Assembly: GCA_963669175.1 (NCBI GenBank)
Contig: OY769902.1
Span: 5,248,001 to 5,312,000 of the forward strand
Reading direction: 5' to 3'
Source: a bacterium
Lineage (GTDB): Bacteria > Electryoneota > Electryoneia > Electryoneales > Electryoneaceae
Length of the DNA stretch: 64,000 nucleotides
Shown here: positions 1 to 10,761 of the stretch, piece after piece
How positions within the stretch are numbered: the first letter of the stretch is position 1
How the letters are laid out: every line of letters starts with the position of its first letter
Translations under genes and position numbers: made by a program
Notes under the pieces: generated by a model
Seen by the model: only the letters and a program-made list of their open reading frames with translations
Databases searched by the model: none
What the model was told of the DNA's origin: nothing

Positions 1-2304
1 TTAGTCCTATGGGAGCTGGTTCCCAAGCGTCATATAGTTCAGCGACCTGTAGAGCTTTGTCTTCGTTCGTCATCAGCAGTTCATCAGCGACTTTCCATAA
101 AGCAAAGAGATTGTTGTTGCTATCTGGAACAGGCTCCTGAAATTCCCATTGTTGCTCAGTGTTCTGGTAAAGGCCAGTATTCAGAAGGAGTGAATCGAAC
201 AATCCACCTTCAGCTGGGTAACCCTCAATCCCAAGACGAGCTTCCCCATTGTGATTGACCATATTTCTAAGGAGAGCATTTTGAGCTGCTACAGCACTCC
301 CAGAGGGCTTCGTTCTGTTCAGAAGTTCGTTATGGATTATGGGGGCGTCATAGAAAATTTCTGCTGCAATTGATGATGCTTTATAGCTAAGGCCACCCCG
401 ATCCAAAACTCCGAGGCAATTCCCCTGCTGATACCATCTGGCAGTGGCTATGGCCTTGTCCAAGAGAATATTAAGCATCGCTTGTAGCTCCGCAATCCTC
501 TCTTTTGTTTCGCGTCTTGCAATCTCATCGCTAGCTATTGCAGGATGGGTCTCCCTGACACGTTCTGTGGCGAGCAGTTCCTTTACGACCGAAGCGAAGC
601 CCCAGGAATAATCTGAATAGCCATACAGAATGCACGTTGGTGCTTGGCAGCTAATGTCTTCACAAATTGTTTCTTGAATCTTCTTGTCTGATTCAACTAG
701 GTCGATTGAGTCTGGCACTACAAGTACAAATCTTCCGACCAGCGAGGGGGATTCAGGAATATCCTCAAGAGAATTTTTCAACTCAGAAGTTGGAATTAGC
801 TTGAGATCAAACCATCGCAATGTCCCAGTTTCATGATAATGTCTCTTCGCAACAATCGGTTGGATGTTATGGAGGCTTTCAACCTTCCCATATTCAATTT
901 GACCAATTTGGTTTGAGATTGTTGATACCTCGGCATCAAGGTCAAAATCACTTCCAGAGAAAAGGGCGTATGAATCTGATTGCTTTTTGTACACGATAAG
1001 ATTTGATTCTTCCAATCTTTCCAGCGAAGTGACTAATGAAGCACTTCTGAATAAGGTTGAAAGCAATTCTTGATTCGGTTCCATTCCAGCTTCTTTGCCG
1101 AATAGATGCACAATCGAAATAGTCTTCAAGACCTGGAGATCGATATCCTCAAAGCCCAAAGCCTGACACTTGTCAATTACTGTTGCAGCTATTGTCCAAC
1201 GGTGCCCATCTGGAGAAGCTAATATTGCTGGTTCGAGATTTGATTTGTAATAATCCCAAAGTTTGGATGGGGTGAAGAGCGCTTCCTTGCTATTCTCCAG
1301 AAAATCCTGGAATCCTGCCGGTTCGCTCGATGAAAGAAAACTGAAAACACTTCTCTGGTTTTGGCTGAACCTCCTTCTAGAGATGGGTCCCAATAGGCAT
1401 GTGCAAATTGGATGGAGCGGCCAAGCCTTAGATAGAAGACTAATCACATTGCTTGCCGAGATGACACGATTCCTGCTAATCAAAGCAACAATATCTTTCG
1501 AGTTTCCAATAAATGATTCAGCGATTCTACAATTATCATTCTGGATCGCATTGGATATTAGCGAGATTGTTTCATCCTGTGTTACACTCAGGGGAAGCTC
1601 TATGAATCGCCCCTGTACCTTCCGCCAGTCATCTCTAACTTGTTGGGTCGATCGATTTACATATTCTGTGAAGGATTGATGCAACACACCAATGAAAAGG
1701 AGTCTACCCTCGCTTCGATTGGCGATTTCAGCTATTTGCTGAAAGAGATAGACGTCAGAATAGCCTCTTGCGGCATGTTCAAGAGCTTTTCCCATCTCGT
1801 CAAATATGATGATCGAGTTCTTTTTTACGTTAGGTTTTGCGAGCCTGGTCAGAATCTTGATGAGGTCGGAATCCGATTCCACAGGCGTTGATTTTCTAAT
1901 TGTCTTACTGCCTACCAAGCCCTCAGTGATCAGTGTCAATGGAGACTCTCGGCGGCCAACGATTGGAATTAGATTTGTCCCAGCTTTGTTTCTCTTCAAT
2001 ACATCTACTAAGGAACCTGAGATTTCCTTGCCTAGAACTTTGTTAGCTTTCTCGTTGAGCTCGCTTTGTTTGGAGAATAGTGAAAACAGAGCAAGAGCTA
2101 AGCTAGATTTACCACTTCCATATGGACCGACCCAGGAAAAAGCACAATGTCCATCCGAGATGATGTTTGTCATCTGCGAAAGCATGCTTCGCGCCGAAGG
2201 AGGGCAAATATACCCATCAAGCGATTCCAAGGAATCAATATCTTGCGAAATCTCGATTGACCTCTGGAATCTTCGGCAATTTCTATATGGCATTTGGCTC
2301 GCAT
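1..2304 (-). CDS. sspC: SspC-like P-loop ATPase of a DNA phosphorothioation (Ssp) cluster; 3' end runs off the window; probable 1-nt frameshift near 2275
   Basis: Absent from the ORF track because there is no stop in the window. Hand translation gives RRFQRSIEIS..., Walker A GPYGSGKSS, Walker B IIIFDEMGKALE, and ELYDAWEPAPIGL at the window edge. Lies directly downstream of the DUF4007 gene. In-frame ATG at 2293; ATG at 2304 gives MRAKCHIEIARRFQRS if one C is restored. Confidence 0.75.
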
Positions 2305-2316
2305 GGTTTTTCCCAA

Positions 2317-3240
2317 TTACTGGTAGCTTTCTTGAAGTAACTCGAACTTCATTTCACTGGGGATTTCATGTGTCCTAATCAGTTGTTGCAATCCTGCTGT
2401 TTCGGACCATTCAATGCTTCCATTGGACATTGACACCATATCCTGAATTCTGTTCATGAGGGATTCTTCATCTAGCAGGAATACTCTTCCTGGGGATCCG
2501 GGATGGAAGGTCAAACGCTCCGATGAAAGGGTAATATTATCAGGAAACCTTTCCCAGAAATCCAACACAGCATATCCAAAAACGCCAGTGGTTAAGGTTG
2601 GTTTCTCCCCACGATTGAACCTAAATCCATCGCGTGATCCAATTTGTTTTAACAGGTTCAGTTCAATCAAGGGTGACTCGATTGATTCTTCAGCGTCTTT
2701 ACGCTTTGAGGATTTTTGGGGTGCGTATGTTCGTATGAAACAATCAACATCACGTTTCAGAGTGTTTTCAGATATTTTCATCCAATCCAATTCGGTTGCC
2801 ATTCTCAAGATAGCCTTTACCAGATTTTCCCTTTCGAAAAAGCTATCCGGATAATGATTGAATGACCAATACCAAGTCGTATTCTCATGGTTCCCTGAAA
2901 GGTTCCATTGAATGATCCACAAGGATGCCGGATTCTCCAGATAGGGATCAAGTCCACTATCTTCATCAAAGATCATCTTTCCAATTCTAGTCGGTTCAAT
3001 AGCTTGGCTATCTTCCATGAGGATGCCTGAAGTGTTGGCCCAATAACGGATTGATGATACCATATTCCGTCCAACCCCAAACCTCGCAATGGCATCAGGA
3101 TCAGTAAAGACAGATTTGCAGTTGCCATTTTGGGTTACCGCATCATATGCTTTTTTAAGCCACCCGTAGCGCATAGGGAATGTCTCATGGCCAGAAAAGC
3201 TTGGCTTGTAATCCGGTTGGGAAAGTGGTCCCACATGCAT
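2317..3240 (-). CDS. sspB: DUF4007 family protein, SspB-like nickase
   Basis: FSGHETFPMRYGWLKKAY, FGVGRNMVSSIRYW and DPYLE motifs typical of DUF4007. AGGAG RBS precedes ATG at 3240, so the ORF-track start at 3318 is likely too long. Confidence 0.8.
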   Translation of the reverse strand: MHVGPLSQPDYKPSFSGHETFPMRYGWLKKAYDAVTQNGNCKSVFTDPDAIARFGVGRNMVSSIRYWANTSGILMEDSQAIEPTRIGKMIFDEDSGLDPYLENPASLWIIQWNLSGNHENTTWYWSFNHYPDSFFERENLVKAILRMATELDWMKISENTLKRDVDCFIRTYAPQKSSKRKDAEESIESPLIELNLLKQIGSRDGFRFNRGEKPTLTTGVFGYAVLDFWERFPDNITLSSERLTFHPGSPGRVFLLDEESLMNRIQDMVSMSNGSIEWSETAGLQQLIRTHEIPSEMKFELLQESYQ

Positions 3241-3362
3241 ATATTTGTCTCCTGGATGAATCGTCCAGCAGGAAGATACAGTGATAAGGTCAAGCAAACA
3301 AGGAGCTGGAGGATTCATCCAGCAACAAAGGAAATTGAAAAAGCGAGGAGATTGTAAAGTAA

Positions 3363-4523
3363 ATGATTATAAATAATCGCATTTACGCAGATTACAACGC
3401 AACCACTCCTGTTGACCCAAGGGTGCTTGAGGCAATGGAACCCTATCAGAGCAGTTATTTTGGAAATCCACACTCCAACAGTCACTCCTTCGGATGGGAA
3501 GCACGCAAAGCTGTAGACGATGCCGTTGGGGAAATCGCTCAGATTCTCCGGGTGGATTGCGATGAAATCATTATCACTTCGGGCGCAACTGAATCGAATA
3601 ACCTTGCTATTCAGGGAATGCTTCCTCGAGAATTGCACGAAGGCAAGAATCATTTATTGATCGGTGCAAACGAACACTCCAGCATCAGGGAATGCGCTTA
3701 CAATCTTCAACTTCAGAAAAGGGTGTCTGCAATATCAGTGGGGGTAAATAATGAAGGATTCATCATAGAAGATCAAATCTCACAACTTTCAGACGCCCAG
3801 GACTATTACCTCGCTAGTATCGAAGCTGTGAATGGTGAAATTGGAACCATTCAGGATATAGAATCAATTCACAATATCTTGCAAACGAGATCGATTCCTT
3901 TTCATACGGATGCCGCTCAAGCTCCTGCTGCAATAGATATTTCCGGATTAGCTCAACATTGCGAACTGATGAGCCTGTCAGCCCATAAAGTGTACGGTCC
4001 TAAAGGAATTGGGCTCTTATATATCTCAAGAGAAATTCAAGATCGATTTCACCCTATAATGTATGGAGGCGGACAACAGCGGGGATTACGTCCAGGGACA
4101 ATACCAGTACCCCTTGTTATCGGTTTCAAGGAAGCACTTCGAATTGTTCAAAGAGAAGGAGGTGAGGAAAGAAGGAAAATTGCCGATCTCCGAAATCAAG
4201 TTATTCAAGCACTCAGAGACAGCAATCCAGAAATTAGACTGAATGGTCCTGAAAATGAAAGGCGGCACCCAGGGAATGCCAATATCCTATTATCGGATAT
4301 TGATGCCGAAGATTTTCTGCTCCGTTTACAACCCCATATTGCAGCCTCAACAGGGTCAGCTTGCACATCAGGAATTCCAGAGCCTTCTCGAGTTTTGCGT
4401 GAAATTGGACTCTCAAAATCGGAAGCTGCTTCAAGTATTCGGCTCTGTTTTGGCCGATTTAATAATGTTCAGCAAACAGTTCATATTATTGATCTTATTG
4501 AAAGGTTCATGAATCAATATTAA
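3363..4523 (+). CDS. sspA: Cysteine desulfurase (IscS/DndA/SspA-like)
   Basis: YADYNATTPVD, GNPHS, HTDAAQ, PLP lysine in SAHKVYGPKG, catalytic STGSACTS; divergent from the DUF4007 and ATPase genes. Confidence 0.8.
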   Translation: MIINNRIYADYNATTPVDPRVLEAMEPYQSSYFGNPHSNSHSFGWEARKAVDDAVGEIAQILRVDCDEIIITSGATESNNLAIQGMLPRELHEGKNHLLIGANEHSSIRECAYNLQLQKRVSAISVGVNNEGFIIEDQISQLSDAQDYYLASIEAVNGEIGTIQDIESIHNILQTRSIPFHTDAAQAPAAIDISGLAQHCELMSLSAHKVYGPKGIGLLYISREIQDRFHPIMYGGGQQRGLRPGTIPVPLVIGFKEALRIVQREGGEERRKIADLRNQVIQALRDSNPEIRLNGPENERRHPGNANILLSDIDAEDFLLRLQPHIAASTGSACTSGIPEPSRVLREIGLSKSEAASSIRLCFGRFNNVQQTVHIIDLIERFMNQY

Positions 4524-4644
4524 TTATCAATATCTTCTCTTTGTCTCTCCTTACAATAAATTTCATTAAATTGTTAATAATATACTTAGGTTTCACATTC
4601 CACTCTATAATGGCATTCTACTTCCCCTGGATCACTAGTATTGT

Positions 4645-5712
4645 TTAATGATTTACAAGAAACTGGAACGCAGGCTCAAGTTCTTGGGCGATAATTTTCG
4701 CCTGGAGATCGATATGCTGAAGATTATAAAATCCAGGGTACTTTTCGGCAATATCTCTCAGGCGAATCGCCCACCCAAATCCTTCCCAATAAATCCATTT
4801 ATAGAAACCTGGATGCGAGAACTTCTTAAATTCTTCATTGCCGGAGTAATCATACACACAAACGAATACGTTTCCCTCTTCCGGTAAATCACGCCTTTCA
4901 GGTTCCGGACGAATGCCATAGAACACATATATACTGAAGGCTAGCTTATCATCATCCGTGTAGTTCCCACCTGCATACCAGAAGGATTTTTCCTTGAAGG
5001 TATATTCTTCAGCATCTTCTGGATCTAATATTTGAATTATCTTTCGGGCCAGAGTCATCATTTGACTGTTGAATCTATGGTATGTGAGAACGGTTTCATT
5101 CAAGTTTGCTGGCAGTGGGGGATCGGCAATCATGTTCCACTCCTTCATTAATTCACAGAATTCGTTACGCAGGAAGACCTTCACCTCTACCGCCGTGTCA
5201 TCAGAAGGCAGTTCGGTATGGAATTCTCGATGCAGTTGATCCCAGGTCAGGTTAAGGAATGCACGTTTTTCTGGATGCAATGGATTTTCAAGTAGAGTCC
5301 CTGGTACGATATCACGCGTCAACAAGATCACTTCAACCACTTTGTTGGGATACCGTTTTAGGGCCCGGGCATAATACTTTTGTGGCTGTTGATCACCCAA
5401 GCCTGCATCCACCTTCGCTTCGATGACCAGAATCCTGTCTGGCTCTTCCTGATTTTCGCCCTCAAAGAGGACAATATCTGGACGTAGGGTTTCCTTGTCA
5501 GCCTTCTTTCCATTCTTGTCACCGATCCATACTACTTGATGATTTATCCTGACGAGTGCATCTGGAGACTTTTGAAATGCAGCCTTCCAGAACCAATCCC
5601 GGATGTCTTGATCTACCGAAAGCAGACGAGTGAGAGCGGCTGTGGTAAAGCACTCCTTTGCACCTTTTTGCTCACCTTTCGTATACCTGTATAGCTCACC
5701 CAAGTAGCCCAT
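4645..5712 (-). CDS. PD-(D/E)XK nuclease family protein
   Basis: RPDIVLF...ILVIEAKVDAGLGDQQPQKYY motif; AAGGAGG RBS before ATG at 5712. Confidence 0.7.
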   Translation of the reverse strand: MGYLGELYRYTKGEQKGAKECFTTAALTRLLSVDQDIRDWFWKAAFQKSPDALVRINHQVVWIGDKNGKKADKETLRPDIVLFEGENQEEPDRILVIEAKVDAGLGDQQPQKYYARALKRYPNKVVEVILLTRDIVPGTLLENPLHPEKRAFLNLTWDQLHREFHTELPSDDTAVEVKVFLRNEFCELMKEWNMIADPPLPANLNETVLTYHRFNSQMMTLARKIIQILDPEDAEEYTFKEKSFWYAGGNYTDDDKLAFSIYVFYGIRPEPERRDLPEEGNVFVCVYDYSGNEEFKKFSHPGFYKWIYWEGFGWAIRLRDIAEKYPGFYNLQHIDLQAKIIAQELEPAFQFLVNH

Positions 5713-5727
5713 GAGCACCTCCTTATC

Positions 5728-6841
5728 TTACCGACCAATGTTTCCATACCGTCTAAGGATCCATTCCTTCCATGCTTGTCTGGTGCATATTGGGTCAGCG
5801 CGCCCAGGAGCTCCTCTGTATACATAAATTTGAAGAAATCCTTTGCTCGTTTTGGACCGCCAAGGAAATATGTCCAAACATCTTCGAGGGTGGTGCCAAT
5901 CTTATGGAAGCGTGATTTCTCCCTGATCTCAAGCAACTCCTTGTTCTTTTCTGGTGCAACGTAAAGAACTGATACTGTATCAGCCTGCATCTCCTGGGCT
6001 TTCTCCATCGCTCGTGCTAAAAGCTGGAGTCGCATCAGTTGGTCGAAGGGATCGTAGAAGAGATGTTCAAGTGGGAAACGGGGATTGTTTCCGAAAGGCG
6101 ATCCCTTTTCTGTGATATGCTGCTGGTAGATGGAGAGACGATCCGTACCGCTCTGGCTATACCTGATCAACTGGTTTGTATTGTAAGACTCTGTGTACTT
6201 CCACTCGCCAATCACTATGTGGATCTTGTTATTGGAGTCTCGATACCGGAAGGCGAAGTCGGCAGAGGTGAAGTTCGCACCACGTGACCGTTGCCAGCAT
6301 TTTGCAGGCATACCTCGAGCAAGCTCGCCCAAATAGTTATGCTGCCCAATCCATTCGAAGCTTAGATATGGTGCTGTCTGCGATACGTGAGGCATTTCAG
6401 AGTAGTTACCTTGGGGATGATCCTCACTGGTATAGTCCAAATCGAAAGGCAAGAGTTCAGCGATATCAAATATTCTTTCTTCTGGAAGTGAGCCTGAACC
6501 ACCCTTTCTGAGCGAGTTCAAGGCATTTTTAAATAGCTCTGGATTGCGGCTGAAAGGAAACAAGACGTTTACACAAGCCGCTTGTGAGTCGAGCATGTTG
6601 TTGCTCGGGTGGTACGATTTATCGGGTTGTTGCACTGCGTCGTGCCATTTGATTTTGCGGTTCGTGAAGTAGGTAATTGCTTTTTCGCGAATGGAGCGAT
6701 GCAGTTTTCGGCGGCAAGCTCTCTGACGAGGCAATGAGAATATTTTTGACTGCGATACGAACCATCAACCTTGACCGCTTCTGCACTGAACAAATTAGGT
6801 TCAATTGCCATACTACGAGCTTGATCATCTTTAAAAGACAT
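5728..6841 (-). pseudogene. PGN_0703-like putative restriction endonuclease with two 1-nt frameshifts (~6703 and ~5776); may be intact with sequencing indels
   Basis: Core has NMLDSQAACVN, SFEW, RGANFTSADF, IGEWKYTE, QLMRLQLLA. The N-terminus (MSFKDDQ...ELAAEN) lies in another frame after an RBS, and the C-terminus AWKEWILRRYGNIGR* is shifted again. Confidence 0.65.
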
Positions 6842-6854
6842 GATTTCTCTCCTT

Positions 6855-7727
6855 TCAAACTCCAAGAGATTTTAAGAGCCAATGATAATTCTCAGTGCTA
6901 AATGGGGTTCCACGCATATCAACTGCGTGATTTGATGATAAAAATATTGGTAGTGATTCATTCCATTCACCCTCGCGCAAGATAGGAATGAATTTTCGAT
7001 CATTGAATTGTGTTAATATCTCATTTGTAATTATTCTTGCTTCATAACCAACGCCACCTGTACGATTATCAGCCTTTTTTTTGTACTCAGGTGTACAAAT
7101 AATAAGGACAAAGTTGCTTTCACTGACAGATCTCTCCATAAAATGTGTAAGTTCATTACCTGCCAATGAATTATTTTTATCAATGATAACCTTCACGCCT
7201 TCTGTCGCCAGACGTGAAGCAAGTTCGTAAATCCACTCAATATGATCATCACTGTCATAGGAATAAGAAATAAACACTGACAGCATCGATGATTCTAATT
7301 CTACCATGTGTTGTGCAGGGGAGGCAGGTTTTGAAGGTGATAGCTCAAGCTCATACGCTTCTGGCCAGGATACTTTATTTGGATCAATTGGATTTCTTTG
7401 AGGTACATTAGCGGTGTGGAGATCAATATTTCCGAAATCGCCAGGGAGGTTACCAGTTGAGATGACAGATTTAATATGTAATTCTGCGTATGCGAAAAGT
7501 GTCTTTATAAGGGCTGGATGGCTATCTAGATTGGGATAGCTAACCCATCCCCATGTGACGATCAACGAGTCCGATATTGTTACCTCAATTCGGTGTTCTG
7601 ATTCTTCATCGCGAAATGGTGGATCTTGGTATATGATTACTTTAAAGGGAAAACGTACTTGTTTTCCATCAAAACCAGGAGGAGTAGTTTCTCGGTATCT
7701 TTTAAATTGTATCTTCAATCTCATCAA
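6855..7727 (-). CDS. SEFIR/TIR-domain protein with unrecognised N-terminal domain
   Basis: C-terminal VFISYSYDSDDHIEWIYELASRL, FMERSVSESNFVLIICTPEYKKKADNRTGGVGYE, KFIPILREG. Confidence 0.8.
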   Translation of the reverse strand: MMRLKIQFKRYRETTPPGFDGKQVRFPFKVIIYQDPPFRDEESEHRIEVTISDSLIVTWGWVSYPNLDSHPALIKTLFAYAELHIKSVISTGNLPGDFGNIDLHTANVPQRNPIDPNKVSWPEAYELELSPSKPASPAQHMVELESSMLSVFISYSYDSDDHIEWIYELASRLATEGVKVIIDKNNSLAGNELTHFMERSVSESNFVLIICTPEYKKKADNRTGGVGYEARIITNEILTQFNDRKFIPILREGEWNESLPIFLSSNHAVDMRGTPFSTENYHWLLKSLGV

Positions 7728-7742
7728 CTCATCTCTCCTGTG

Positions 7743-8594
7743 CTATTTCACTTCCGGCCAAATATTTTTAAAGCCTTGCAACTTTAATTTCCCTTGAGCA
7801 TTGATAGCACTTATTAGTCCACTATCAATCTTATTGTCAGGAAATATAACATGTTCAGTATAAAGATCTTTATTTGCCCATGATTTAAGCATTTCTCGTT
7901 TTAGTATAAACTTTGCAACACAAAGGTAAGACATCTCATCCCCAAGGCGATTTTGCTTCAAATCACATATGGCAAGTGCTTGTTGTGTATGAGGACGTAG
8001 CCAAAGGGCATCAGAGATTCTAAGATCTATAACTCTAATAAGTTGAGACCTGTGAGATCGCGCACAGTATTGGGGAATGGCCAGCAAATAGATATATCCC
8101 TGATCCTTACTTGTATTATATGCAAACCAAACGGCTGTATGGGGATGATCAACAACATCCAACCACCATGTCTTACATCCATAATGAGTAGCCATTGCGG
8201 TTCTTATACCTTTCTCGTCATCATGGCTAGGTTCAGGTGCAAAATCATGTTCAATTAACTTCATAGCTTCTTCACACTTTTTATACATGCTCAAGACTTC
8301 AGATTTATCTTCCAAATTTCGAAATAACTTGGGGAATAGAGGATAATCTTCGGATTGTCCTCTATAATAAACACTTGTATTAAAATATTTTAGCTGAGCT
8401 TTAAACATTCCTACCGCAAGCATCATTTCTTCTATTGAACCAATCTCTATTATCCAAGGTCCAGGGAAATCATCTTTAATCGTTGAATTTTCCCACTTAT
8501 TCTTGAAGTGGTTTTTCGTTACCAATTCAATCAATGATCTAAGTTGGTCTTTCTCATCGTCATCCAACCATGGTAACCAATTTTTGACTGGCAT
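7743..8594 (-). CDS. FRG domain protein
   Basis: YYRGQSEDYPLFPKLFR and HYGCKTWWLDVVDHPHTAVWFA fit the FRG pattern (FRGQ...HYGxxTxxLDxT...AxxFA); GGAGG RBS before ATG 8594. Confidence 0.75.
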   Translation of the reverse strand: MPVKNWLPWLDDDEKDQLRSLIELVTKNHFKNKWENSTIKDDFPGPWIIEIGSIEEMMLAVGMFKAQLKYFNTSVYYRGQSEDYPLFPKLFRNLEDKSEVLSMYKKCEEAMKLIEHDFAPEPSHDDEKGIRTAMATHYGCKTWWLDVVDHPHTAVWFAYNTSKDQGYIYLLAIPQYCARSHRSQLIRVIDLRISDALWLRPHTQQALAICDLKQNRLGDEMSYLCVAKFILKREMLKSWANKDLYTEHVIFPDNKIDSGLISAINAQGKLKLQGFKNIWPEVK

Positions 8595-8934
8595 TATCCC
8601 CTCCACCTTTCTTCGAAAAACCGTCTTCGCTTCTCTGTTTTGAATGAATCCAAGTTCTCATCTTTTTCTAGTCGATGGATGAAGGTAAGGGTGCTTACTT
8701 TAGAACACCAAATGTTAAAACAAATTTTCCGATCTTTTTACAGAATATTTTTTTGGGGTGGGATAGAGTTTAGAATTCTGAATGTAGATTTGGATCCCAT
8801 TTCCTTCCCACCCGACCTGTCATCTTATGTCGCTTAGCGTCCATTCTTGACTGCTATTCAAGGGGCTGATAAACAGGGAAATAACTCCACAATAACTGTA
8901 AAAATAAGAGGATAGATCACCGGATTGTCACCCA

Positions 8935-8977
8935 ACTCTTAATCCGTTGGTTCGGGGTTCGAGTCCCTGATGGCGCA
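8935..8977 (+). mobile_element. 3' fragment of tRNA-Lys(CTT): att site of a tRNA-integrated island
   Basis: ACTCTTAATCCGTTGGTTCGGGGTTCGAGTCCCTGATGGCGCA = anticodon loop, T arm and 3' acceptor strand; no matching 5' half or D arm upstream. Confidence 0.75.
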
Positions 8978-9056
8978 CTTTGATTTTTAAAAGGGTTACA
9001 GTTGATTTTGCAATCCTTTTCTTTGTATTGGTAGAGCAATAGTAGAGCGTAATCAT

Positions 9057-10745
9057 CTATTCCGTCGAAGGACGTGGTGTAAACTCCAGACCAAGAACCT
9101 CTTTTAGGTATTGTTTTAAAACAAACACTTCTATTCTGTGTGGGTGTTGTGGGTCCTCAAGGAAAATTTTTGTGTAAGTGCTGTTTTCATCAGGTTGAAT
9201 GATTTGCATTTTTCTTTTCTTGTTGTTTAGATCGCTGACCATATCGCCATTCTTAACCATTGTCTCCCAACAAACAATTGTAAATAGATTATCAAAACAA
9301 TGATTAAAAGATCCACCTAATTTATTTTTAAACTCAACATAGTACAATTTTGATTGATAAATGGGTGTTCTTTTATCAGATTTAGCTATAACATCTATTC
9401 CCTCATGCGTATCATAATCAACTATTTCAAATGGTAATAGTTCATTATTTAGAATGCTCAACTGAATCATTAACGCATATACCCCACTTTCCCTTTGTGG
9501 CTCTATCAACGTGACACCTTTATATTCTGCTGTATTTGAAGTATTGATTCTTTGACATCTTCTTGATAAATCATTTTCTTCCTTTGCTGCTGTTTTGTAG
9601 CCCGATGCTTCAGATTCCTACCAATCCATTTCGTGCCAATAATCACTTGCTATAATGCTATTATATATATTATTAACTAGTTCATGAAGATCATTCAATA
9701 TCTCAACAGGCGTATTATCAATGGACCCTCTATTGGCAGTTAAGCGTAAGCTTTGACAGTTAATAAATGCATGTAGTTTTGTATACTCGTAACCCTTTCC
9801 AGGTATCCAGTGATTAGCACGTTGAATTGGTATAAAATCTTTACAAATCCATAAACCATACCTTTCTTGCACAGTATATGCGCCGCTGGGGGCTTGATAG
9901 CCACCATGCCTAACCATCTCGTTGTAACCATGCTTTATTCGATTCCCCTCAATTGAAAATATGGCATGATATTGTATGTCAGGACGTAATCTTAATGTAC
10001 CTGATTTGATAAGCCTTTTACAATAATAATCTGGTGCATTAACTACGTAGGTATCAAATAAAGAATTAATATTATCGCTTTCTTTAGGAAAAGGATGGCC
10101 AAATGATAATAATTCTAGTTCATTACGATCTAATCCTTTTAATTTGAGTATCACGTCTTTATTTACAATGACATTAAACCATAGCTCTATTGAACCAAAT
10201 TTAGTAAACCAATATATATAATCCTTTAGAATGGAATGTGTGAATTTATCCATAGTATTATTGTTGTATGCATAAATGGTTATTGTAGTGCCATTATTAG
10301 CAGAGGATGAATTACTTATAACTTTAACTTTTGGTATTTCTCGATTGTGAAGTTTCATGAAAGGTTCTTCCACTTCAGCCCTATATTCACAACCATTGCT
10401 TATTGTAAGAACTTCTATCTTTTAGCTATTAAAGAACACCTTGGTGCCGTGCCCTTTTTCACCAATCTTCTGTGGGTTTCCACGTCGCAGCGAATTGCCA
10501 AGGTCGAAGAAAGATTGAAGTCCTTGCTTATCCATACCTTGGCCATTATCAATTAACTGTACACGTAAGATGTCACGACCGCATTGATTTACTACGTCAA
10601 AAATAATCTCTATTTCGCTAGCGTTTGCATCGAAGGAATTGCTTATCGCCTCTCTTACAAGATCAAGAGGGTTAGAAAAATCATTGGCAATTTCAATAAA
10701 TTCTTGAGTTTTATCAACGCTAGGAGTTATTGTGAATGTGTTCAA
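9057..10745 (-). pseudogene. GHKL (HSP90/MORC-like) ATPase with C-terminal PD-(D/E)XK-like nuclease, broken by two in-frame stops
   Basis: Three ORFs in one frame: REAISNSFDA, DNGQGM, IGEKGHGTK, then TAA 10422-10424, TAG 9618-9620, then GIDVIAK...YVEFK; GGAGG RBS before TTG 10745. Confidence 0.75.
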
Positions 10746-10761
10746 CTTAAAAACCTCCGAT

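Noticed and set aside
1-3240. Type 4 BREX
   Set aside because: No pglZ or brxL in view, and the DUF4007-ATPase order with a dedicated desulfurase fits Ssp better; not fully excluded because the locus is cut by the window edge.
8900-8980. Intact tRNA gene
   Set aside because: The 5' acceptor strand, D arm and 5' anticodon stem are missing (CCCAA cannot pair with TCCGT).
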